In this document: positions 21,443 through 28,700 of the stretch, one piece after another
How the letters are laid out: each line of letters starts with the position of its first letter
Position numbering within the stretch: position 1 is the first letter of the stretch
NCBI GenBank assembly: GCA_041687695.1
Contig: JAWLBL010000001.1
Location: 195,361-259,360, forward strand
Origin: Myxococcota bacterium
GTDB taxonomy: Bacteria; Myxococcota_A; UBA9042; PHBI01; JAWLBL01
Length of the DNA stretch: 64,000 nucleotides
Direction: 5' to 3'
Notes under the pieces: model-generated
What the model was told of the DNA's origin: nothing
Database searches by the model: none
Seen by the model: only the letters and a program-made list of their open reading frames with translations
Program-made: the position numbers and the translations under genes

Positions 21443-22414
21443 CTACCACAGCACCCGGATGCCCAACGTGTCGCCGCGCACGGCGGGCATGATGATGGTG
21501 GGCGGGCCCGCCGTCGGGTCGTCGGGCTCGGCGTCGGTGTAGTAGAACAGCTTGGGGATGCCCCAGCCGAGGCCCAGGCCCAGGGCCATGCTCAGGAGCT
21601 GGTCGCTGGCCCAGTGCCGGTCGGCCACCATGCGCAAGAGCCCCGTCGTGGTGCCCAGCGCCAGGGCGCCGCCGCAGGCGAGCGCGTCGCCCCAGCCGCC
21701 GCCGTACAGCGGCAGCTCGCTGTGGTGGGCGCAGATGAGCCCGGCGCCCGCCATCGCCATGGCGGTGTGGCCGCTGTAGAAGCTGTTGTACATGGCGTCG
21801 GTGCCGCAGAGGTTGTCGTAGTCGGGGTCCTCGCGGCAGGCCTGCGCCATCGGCCGCTCGCGCGCGGACAGCCGGTGCGCCAGCTGGCTCAGCAGCCCGA
21901 CGGCCGCCAGCGTCTCGAGATCGATCATGCCCAGCTGCCAGGCGACGTCCGGCTCGCCCCGGATGAGCCAGGTGACCACGATGGCGTCGACGACGATGGG
22001 GTAGAACTGGCCGATGTGCCAGCCGAAGTCGCTGACGCGGTTGGCGAGCCGCCGGTTGCGCTCGGTCTCGCCCACGAAGAGGTCGCGGACGGGGTCGTCG
22101 AACAGGATGGGGCCGCTCCAGCTGGGCTCGTCGACCTTGGGCCAGAACCAGCTGATGGCCAGGTTGCCGGCGACCAGGCCGCCGGTGATGGCGTAGTCCA
22201 GGGTGTCGAAGCGGCGCCACTCGGGCTTCCAGACGAGCTTGGTCGATCTAGGCGCTTGGGGGGCAGGCTCGGCGCGTGGCTCGGGGGCCTCGGCGGCCGG
22301 AGCGGCGAGATCGGGCGTCTGGCCGCGGACGCCCGGGGCGACGCCCCCGACGCACACGAGGGCGAAGCACGTCGCGGCCATCAGGCCACGCCGCGGGAGC
22401 GAGATCGGGAGCAT
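21443..22414 (-). CDS. PAP2-family phosphatase (paralog)
   Basis: RERP, SFYSGH and RMVADRHWASD motifs, with a signal peptide. Confidence 0.85.
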   Translation of the reverse strand: MLPISLPRRGLMAATCFALVCVGGVAPGVRGQTPDLAAPAAEAPEPRAEPAPQAPRSTKLVWKPEWRRFDTLDYAITGGLVAGNLAISWFWPKVDEPSWSGPILFDDPVRDLFVGETERNRRLANRVSDFGWHIGQFYPIVVDAIVVTWLIRGEPDVAWQLGMIDLETLAAVGLLSQLAHRLSARERPMAQACREDPDYDNLCGTDAMYNSFYSGHTAMAMAGAGLICAHHSELPLYGGGWGDALACGGALALGTTTGLLRMVADRHWASDQLLSMALGLGLGWGIPKLFYYTDAEPDDPTAGPPTIIMPAVRGDTLGIRVLW

Positions 22415-22502
22415 GGGGTAAGCCTGCCTTGGTCAGGGGCCGGGGCGGGGTCGCCCGGGCGAGCCCGGCGAGCGCCGCGCCCCTGACCGGTCGGACGAGG
22501 AC

Positions 22503-23129
22503 CTACCGCAGAGCGGGGTTCAGCGTGTAGGTCCCGTAGAGGGTGGCGGTGGCGATCACGTGGCCGCTGATGGCGGCGAGGGCCTGGCGCCCGTCGAACT
22601 GGTCGGGCAGATCGAGGCGCTCGACGTCGAGGGCGTACAGGGTGAAGTGGTACAGGTGGACGCGTTCGTCGTTCCAAGGCGGGCACGGCCCGTCGTAGCC
22701 GTGGTAGTTGCCGTCCATGTCGGCGTCGCCCTTGAACCAGTTGGTGTAGTCGTTCAGGCCCTGCCGGGCGTTGCCCTGGACGTACACGTCCTGCTTGCCG
22801 CGGGTCGTCACGCCGCGCGCGTAGGCGCCCTCCTCGATGCCGGTGAAGGTCGGCGGGAGATCGACCAGCACCCAGTGGAAGAACTCGGTGCGCGGCATGA
22901 TCTTGGGGATCTTGGTGCCCTCGACGTTCACCTGCGAGCCGTCGGTGGGGACCTCCGAGTCGTGACAGACCAGCGCCAGCGACCGCGCGCCCGTGGGCAC
23001 GTCCGACCAGTCCAGGGCCGGGTTGAGGTTCTCTCCGAACGTCACGTGCGTCTGGGGATCGGGGACGCAGAACGCGAACCGGTCGGGGAGGCGCGACCCG
23101 GCCTGAAAGCTCGGGGAGGTCAGCTTCAT
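22503..23129 (-). CDS. YbhB/YbcL-family Raf kinase inhibitor-like (PEBP) protein
   Basis: AAGGAG SD. Motifs MKLTSPSF, NP.LDWS, FFHWVLVD and GYDGPCPPWND...HLYHFTLYAL. Confidence 0.92.
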   Translation of the reverse strand: MKLTSPSFQAGSRLPDRFAFCVPDPQTHVTFGENLNPALDWSDVPTGARSLALVCHDSEVPTDGSQVNVEGTKIPKIMPRTEFFHWVLVDLPPTFTGIEEGAYARGVTTRGKQDVYVQGNARQGLNDYTNWFKGDADMDGNYHGYDGPCPPWNDERVHLYHFTLYALDVERLDLPDQFDGRQALAAISGHVIATATLYGTYTLNPALR

Positions 23130-23549
23130 CTCGGCTCCTTGCAGGGGGAGGGACGGCGACGACGGCGAGGGGCGCCGGCGGGCGGGCGAGCCGCCGGATG
23201 GGGGCGGCCCGGACGAGCGGGTGGCGGAGTGTTTCCCCAAGGGTAACTGCGGCCGAGGGCGGGGTGTCAAGGAGGCGGCCGTCGTCCGCGGACCGGACCG
23301 GTCAGCGGTGGCGGTAGACCCTTCCCGAGTCCGCTGGCCGATTCCGTGGCCCGGTTCCGTGGCTTCGTCGGCGCACCGAGCCCGGTGCCCTGCGAACGGC
23401 CCCCCGGCTCATACACCACTTGACAGGACACTACTCCGCCGTGAGTGGTGAAGCCGGGACCGGGCCCCCACGCACATAGTCCAAGCACCACCTTGGCTAC
23501 TGGGTACCTCTGGGCCTCGCCAGAAGTGGCGAAGCCCCGAGGATCACAC

Positions 23550-23912
23550 CTACCGCTTTGGGTGCATCAGCCGCCACGTCATCGCCTGCACGCGGTCGAG
23601 CAGCGCCAGCGCTTCATCCCCGCGCGCCTTCGGCACCGCGCCCGTCGCGACGAGCAGCCGCATCGCGGCGGACGCCTCGCGACACGAGCCGTAGGCGATC
23701 CTGTAGTGCTGAACCCGGTCACGCCCCGCCCGGCCAGCGCCCTCGGCCAGGTTCAACGGCGTACTTGCGACCGCCCGCACCGCCTGCTCGGCGACGCACC
23801 GCAGTTGCGGACTCACGCCCCGCGTCGATGCCACGACCGCCACCGCCGCCTCGACCGCCAGCGATTCAGCCTGGAGTGAGCTGCCGTTCCGAACCACACC
23901 TTCGTCCTGCAT
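23550..23912 (-). CDS. Four-helix-bundle protein (TIGR02436 / 23S-IVS-like / Avd-like), copy 1
   Basis: QAVRAVASTPLNLAEGAGR and AYGSCRE motifs. The GAAAGGA SD favours ATG 23912 over 23921. Confidence 0.85.
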   Translation of the reverse strand: MQDEGVVRNGSSLQAESLAVEAAVAVVASTRGVSPQLRCVAEQAVRAVASTPLNLAEGAGRAGRDRVQHYRIAYGSCREASAAMRLLVATGAVPKARGDEALALLDRVQAMTWRLMHPKR

Positions 23913-24075
23913 GGGAGCCATCCTTTCGTGTCAGTGGATGCGCCCCCACCCCGCAGGGGTCCCCGGCGGCGTCAAGGGTCGCCGAAGGCGACCGGCGCGC
24001 AGCGCCGGCTTGCCCTTTACGTCGCCGGGGACCACTGCGACCCTCCCGCATCCTCTGACGCGATGGATGGCTCCC
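23913..24075 (+). promoter_or_regulatory. 163-nt branched hairpin, candidate Frpo-like ssDNA promoter (copy 1)
   Basis: Nested inverted repeats GGGAGCCATCC/GGATGGCTCCC, TCGTGTCAGTGGATGCG/CGCATCCTCTGACGCGA and 23953-23972/24019-24038, capped by GAA and GCA triloop hairpins. TTTACG-N17-GACCCT lies on the 3' arm. Confidence 0.6.
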
Positions 24076-24184
24076 TCAGCGACGAGGCCTGTGCCCAGCC
24101 ACCTCAGCGCCCGCCCCACCGCGCAGCGAGCTGCGCGGGCCCTCGAGCACGAGCAAGCTCGTGCAGTCCGGACGCCGCGTCTCG

Positions 24185-24448
24185 ATGACGGCGATGGCCA
24201 CGGCCAAGGCCACGGCCACGGTCTACGGCCACGGTCCACGGCGACGGCCTCGGCCACGGTCTACGGCCTCGGCCTCGGCCTCGGTCTACGGCCTCGGCGA
24301 CGGCCACGGTCTTACGGCCTCGGCGACGGCCACGGCGACGGCCACGGTCCACGGCGACGGCCACGGCCACGGTCTACGGCCTCGGCGACGGCCACGGACT
24401 ACGGCCACGGTCTACGGCCACGGCCTCGGCCACGGCCACGGCCGCGGC
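24185..24448. repeat. Degenerate 6/7-bp tandem repeat (CCACGG/CTACGG/CGACGG/CCTCGG)
   Basis: Directly visible, about 40 units of mixed 6- and 7-nt length. Confidence 0.95.
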
Positions 24449-24610
24449 CCTGATAGCGAATCTGTGCAGCCGAGCCCCTGGACCATGAGGAAGCCTGGAC
24501 CGCCAGCATCCACGCTGCGAGGCGCTTGGTCCCCAACCCCGTTTACCAATCGGGTCTACCGCCGTCCGCGTGGCGAGCGGCGGCCGGACGCTGGACGCGA
24601 GCGGGGCCGC

Positions 24611-24639
24611 TTGACGCGCCGGGAGACGGGGTCGACGGT
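24611..24639 (+). promoter_or_regulatory. Putative promoter of the NTT-HEAT operon
   Basis: TTGACG-N17-GACGGT upstream of ATG 24666. Confidence 0.4.
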
Positions 24640-24665
24640 TCACTCCAACCCCGCCCCCTCGGAAA

Positions 24666-27407
24666 ATGCCCAATCTCCTCGCAGACATACGTCCCGACGA
24701 GCGGCGCGGCGCCCTGCTGGCCTTCGTCACCCTCTTCGGCGTCCTCGCCGGCCACACGCTGCTCGAGACCGGCCGCGACGCGCTGTTCCTCGCCAAGGTC
24801 CCGGCCGACCGGCTGCCCTTCGTGTACCTGGCCATCGCCCTGCTGGCGCTGGCGGTCACGCGCGGGCGGCGGCCCCTGGTCGGCGGTGGCCACGGCCTGG
24901 CCACCTGGCTGGTCGCCTCGGCCTCGGTCACCCTGGGCTTCTGGGCCCTGAGCGCCCTCGAGGCCACCTGGGTGCTCTACGCCCTGTACGTCTGGGCCGG
25001 CCTGTTCGGGACCGTGGCCACGCTGCAGTTCTGGCTGCTCCTGGGCCAGACCTACACCGTCCCCCAGGCCAAGCGCCTGTACGGCTTCATCGGCGCAGGC
25101 AGCGTCCTGGGCGCCGTCTCGGGCGCCTCGCTCGCCAGCCTGGTCACCTCGGCCCTGCCCACCCGCCACGTCCTGCTGGGCGCCGCCGTCGTCTTCCTGA
25201 CCGCCGCCCTCGGCGCCGCCCGCCTGTCGCTGCGCACCACCACCCCGCGCCGCGCCGGGCGCCGCGTCGCGCGCCCGACCCACCCTGGCCGCTCCCCGCG
25301 CGAGGTCCTCGAGTACCCCTACGCGCGCCGCCTGGTCGCCCTGGTCGTCGTTGCGACGCTCACGGTCACCTTCCTCGACTACCTGTTCAAGGCCGAGGTC
25401 TCGCGCACCGTCTCCCCCGAGGGCCTCGGCTCCTTCTTCGCCAACTTCTACGTCGCCCTGAACGGCCTCGCCCTCGTCGTCCAGCTGGTCCTGACCAGCC
25501 GCCTCATCCACCTGCTCGGCGCCCACCGCGCCCTGGTCATCCTGCCCGGCCTGCTGATGCTCGGCGCCGGCGGCCTGCTCGCCGGCGGCGCGCTCGTCGC
25601 GGTCCTGCTCGCCAAGGGCGCCGACGGCAGCCTCCGCCACTCGCTGCACCGCACCAGCCTCGAGGTGCTGTTCATCCCCCTGCCCGAGCGCCTGCGCTTT
25701 CACACCAAGCGCCTCGTCGACGCCGCCGGCCACCGCGGCGCACAGGCCACCGCCTCCCTGCTGCTGCTGGGCCTGCTCGCCGCCGACGCGCCCCTGCCGG
25801 TCTTCGCCGCCGCCATCCTGCTCTTCGCCGCCGGCTGGCTCACCCTCGCCCTGCGCCTGCGCGCCCCCTACCTCGAGCTCTTCCGCGCCCGCCTCCGCGA
25901 GGGCTCCGTCGCCCAGCTCGGCGACGCCCTGCCCCGCCTCGACGGCGACTCGCTCGAGGCCGTCTTCGCCGCCCTCGGCAGCGAGGACCCCGCCCAGGTC
26001 CGCGCCGCCATCGATCTCCTGGCCGATCAGGGCAAGGTCCGCCTCATCCCGGCGGTCCTGCTCCACCACGACTGCCCCGACGTCGTCCTGCGCCTCCTCG
26101 AGCTGTTCGCCGAGGCCGGCCGCCGCGACTTCGTCCCCATCGCCGATCGCCTCGCTCGGACCGCGCCCCCCGACCTGCGCGCCGCCGCCCTGCGCGCCCG
26201 CACCGCCGTCGCCCCCGATCAGCTGCTGCTCCAGCGCTGCCGCGCCGACGAGAGCGCGCTCGTCCAGGCCACGGCCCTGGTGGGCCTCGTCGCCGGCGGC
26301 TGGATGGCCGGGCCCACCGCCCGCGCCGCCCTGGGCGAGGTCGTCCGCCACGGCACCGCCGAGGCCCGCGCCGCGCTCGCCCGCGCCATCGGCTTCCAGC
26401 CGCACGAGATCTTCCACGACGCGCTGCTCGCGCTGGCCAGCGACCCCGCCCTGGCGGTCCGCCGCGAGGTCGCCCGCGCCATGGCCGCCGGCCCCGTCGA
26501 GCGCTTCCTGCCGGCGCTGCTGCCCCTGCTGGCCCACCGCGACACCCGCGCCCCCGCCCGCGACGCGCTGGTCGCCCTGGGCGCGCCCGCCGTCGCCTTC
26601 CTCGGCCACGCCCTGTCCGACCCCGCCCTGCCCCTGCGCGTCCGCCGCCACGTCCCGCGGACCCTGAGCCGCTTCGACACCCGGGCGGCCGCCGATCTCC
26701 TGCTGGCGCGCCTGACGGACGAGCCCAGCGGCATGGTGCGCTACAAGATCCTGCGCGGCCTCGGCCGCATGCGCGCGGTGTCGCCCGAGCTCCCGCTCGA
26801 CCGACGCGTGCTGGCGGCCGCGATGGACCGGACGCTGGAGCTGGCGCTGCAGTTGGCGACCTGGCACCTGGTGCTGACCCGCGGCGGCCAGGACGACCCC
26901 TCGCGCCGCACGCCCGCCCACGAGCTCATCGAGGGCCTGCTGGTCGACAAGAGCCGCCACGCCCTGGAGCGCTTCTTCCGCCTGCTGGGCCTGACGCTGC
27001 CCGGCGAGGACTTCGAGCGCATCCACCGCGGCCTGTTCCACGCCGACCGCGTGGTGCGCGCCTCCAGCCGCGAGCTGCTGGCCCACATCCTCGAGCCGCC
27101 GCTGCGCGACCGGGTGCTGGCCCTGGTCGACGAGGGCGGCGACGAGGCGCTCCTGTCCCGCGCCGGCGCCCTCGAGCGGGCCGAGACGCTGGGGTACGAG
27201 GCGCTGCTCGGCGAGATGCTGGACCACCCCAGCGAGACCCTGCGCTGCCTGGCCGCCTACCACGTGGGCGAGCTGGGCCTCGGGCGCCTCGGGCCGCGCC
27301 TCGAGCAGATGAGGCCGACCCTGGGGGCCGCCAGCGCCCGGGTCGTCGAGCGCGCGCTCAAGCTGCTGGCCCACCCGAACGGCGCCTGGAGGATGCATGA
27401 GGCCTGA
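24666..27407 (+). CDS. Npt1/Npt2 (NTT/TLC) nucleotide-translocase-like transporter with C-terminal HEAT repeats
   Basis: IRPDER, ETGRDALFL, QFW......QAKRLYGFIGAG, DYLFK and LRHSLHRTSLEVLF.P motifs, followed by helical HEAT-like repeats. Confidence 0.85.
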   Translation: MPNLLADIRPDERRGALLAFVTLFGVLAGHTLLETGRDALFLAKVPADRLPFVYLAIALLALAVTRGRRPLVGGGHGLATWLVASASVTLGFWALSALEATWVLYALYVWAGLFGTVATLQFWLLLGQTYTVPQAKRLYGFIGAGSVLGAVSGASLASLVTSALPTRHVLLGAAVVFLTAALGAARLSLRTTTPRRAGRRVARPTHPGRSPREVLEYPYARRLVALVVVATLTVTFLDYLFKAEVSRTVSPEGLGSFFANFYVALNGLALVVQLVLTSRLIHLLGAHRALVILPGLLMLGAGGLLAGGALVAVLLAKGADGSLRHSLHRTSLEVLFIPLPERLRFHTKRLVDAAGHRGAQATASLLLLGLLAADAPLPVFAAAILLFAAGWLTLALRLRAPYLELFRARLREGSVAQLGDALPRLDGDSLEAVFAALGSEDPAQVRAAIDLLADQGKVRLIPAVLLHHDCPDVVLRLLELFAEAGRRDFVPIADRLARTAPPDLRAAALRARTAVAPDQLLLQRCRADESALVQATALVGLVAGGWMAGPTARAALGEVVRHGTAEARAALARAIGFQPHEIFHDALLALASDPALAVRREVARAMAAGPVERFLPALLPLLAHRDTRAPARDALVALGAPAVAFLGHALSDPALPLRVRRHVPRTLSRFDTRAAADLLLARLTDEPSGMVRYKILRGLGRMRAVSPELPLDRRVLAAAMDRTLELALQLATWHLVLTRGGQDDPSRRTPAHELIEGLLVDKSRHALERFFRLLGLTLPGEDFERIHRGLFHADRVVRASSRELLAHILEPPLRDRVLALVDEGGDEALLSRAGALERAETLGYEALLGEMLDHPSETLRCLAAYHVGELGLGRLGPRLEQMRPTLGAASARVVERALKLLAHPNGAWRMHEA

Positions 27408-28305
27408 GACGGACCCCGGCCTGCCCGCCGCGCACGCGGTCCCCCTGATGGAGCGCATGCTCCACCTGCGCGCCCAGCCGCTGTTCGCGGGGCTGTCCTC
27501 GGCGCGGCTGGCGATGGTCGCCGCCGCCACGCGCGAGCGCGCCTACACCCGCGGCGAGCTGGTGCTGGGCGAGGGCGAGCTGCACGACGCCATGATCTTC
27601 GTCGTCAGCGGCGCCGTGCGCCTGAGCCGCCACGGCCGGTTCGTCGACACGGCGGGCCCGGGCGCCGTCGTCGGCGACCTGGGCGTCGTGGTCGGGCCCA
27701 GCGCCGGGCTCGAGGCGCGCGCCGAGACGGCCGCCCTGACCCTGGAGCTGACGCGCGACGGGCTGCTCGAGCTGCTCGAGGAGGACTTCAACCTGCTGCT
27801 CGAGGTCATCCGGCGCACGAGCGGGCAGCTCATCGAGCGGCTGGCCGCGATGGAGGTCGCGCCCATCCTGCCGCCGGCGCCGCGCGCGCCCCTGGCCTTC
27901 CCGGACCGCGAGCTGGATCTGGTCGAGCGCCTGTTCCTCTTGCGCCGCATGCCCGGCTTCACGACCGCGGGCCTCGACGCCCTGAGCGAGCTGGCGCGCG
28001 AGCTCAAGGAGCTGCGCCTGCCGGCCCGCGAGCGCCTGTGGGGCATCGGCGAGCCGGCGGGGCACCTGCTGTTCCTGGCGGGCGGCGACGTCACGTGCCG
28101 CGCGCCCCGGGGTTGGACCACCCTGCGCAGGGGGCTGTCGCTGGTCGGCGCCCTCGAGGCCATCGCCGGCGCGCCCCGCTGGTTCGAGGCGACCACCGCC
28201 ACCGAGGTGGTCGCCCTGCGGGCCGACGTCGACACGCTGCTGGACGTGTTCGAGGACGACGGCGAGACGGCCCTGGGTTTCCTGACCCACCTGGCCAGCG
28301 CCTGA
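27397..28305 (+). CDS. Tandem cyclic-nucleotide-binding domain protein
   Basis: Two ER..LR..P.F..L repeats with EGE/IGE and VG.L motifs. Overlaps the upstream gene (translational coupling). Confidence 0.85.
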   Translation: MRPETDPGLPAAHAVPLMERMLHLRAQPLFAGLSSARLAMVAAATRERAYTRGELVLGEGELHDAMIFVVSGAVRLSRHGRFVDTAGPGAVVGDLGVVVGPSAGLEARAETAALTLELTRDGLLELLEEDFNLLLEVIRRTSGQLIERLAAMEVAPILPPAPRAPLAFPDRELDLVERLFLLRRMPGFTTAGLDALSELARELKELRLPARERLWGIGEPAGHLLFLAGGDVTCRAPRGWTTLRRGLSLVGALEAIAGAPRWFEATTATEVVALRADVDTLLDVFEDDGETALGFLTHLASA

Positions 28306-28342
28306 GCGCCGGACCTCGGGAACGGGCCGATGGTGCCTCGGC

Positions 28343-28650
28343 GACGGGTCGGACCTGTCCCGGCAACAGGTCGGAGCTGTCCCGGCAACAGGTCGGAGCT
28401 GTCCCGGCGACAGGTCGGACCTGTCCCGGCAACGGGTCGGACCTGTCCCGGCAACAGGTCGGACCTGTCCCGGCAACAGGTCGGAGCTGTCCCGGCGACA
28501 GGTCGGACCTGTCCCGGCAACAGGTCGGAGCTGTCCCGGCAACAGGTCGGAGCTGTCCCGGCGACAGGTCGTAGCTGTCCCGGCGACAGGTCGGACCTGT
28601 CCCGGCAACAGGTCGGAGCTGTCCCGGCGACAGGTCGTAGCTGCCTCGGG
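28343..28650. repeat. Intergenic 22-bp tandem repeat (13 full + 1 degenerate units), each containing a palindrome
   Basis: Unit RACAGGTCGGASCTGTCCCGGC, starting at 28343, 28365, ... 28629. Core GACAGGTC-G-GACCTGTC. No spacers. Confidence 0.95.
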
Positions 28651-28700
28651 ACCAGCTCCGACCAGTCTCGAGAGCCAGGTCGGCGCGGTCTCGCGACGGC

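Larger units (their letters stand above)
23550..24448 (-). mobile_element. Repeated cassette copy 1: four-helix-bundle gene + branched hairpin + REP-like hairpins + (CCACGG)n tail
   Basis: Near-identical to 56059-56946 from the stop codon to the start of the tail. It sits in a divergent intergenic region. No transposase is present, so mobility is inferred. Confidence 0.6.

Noticed and set aside
23550..23912. Diversity-generating retroelement or 23S rRNA intervening sequence
   Set aside because: The protein is Avd/IVS-like, but there is no reverse transcriptase, no TR/VR pair with adenine-specific differences and no rRNA sequence in the window.
24161..24453. Proteins encoded by the CCACGG tails (TATATA/HGHG/RPRP repeats)
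   Set aside because: Mixed 6- and 7-nt units shift the frame repeatedly, and the translations are not conserved between the two copies.
28343..28650. CRISPR array
   Set aside because: The units are contiguous with no unique spacers, and there are no cas genes in the window.
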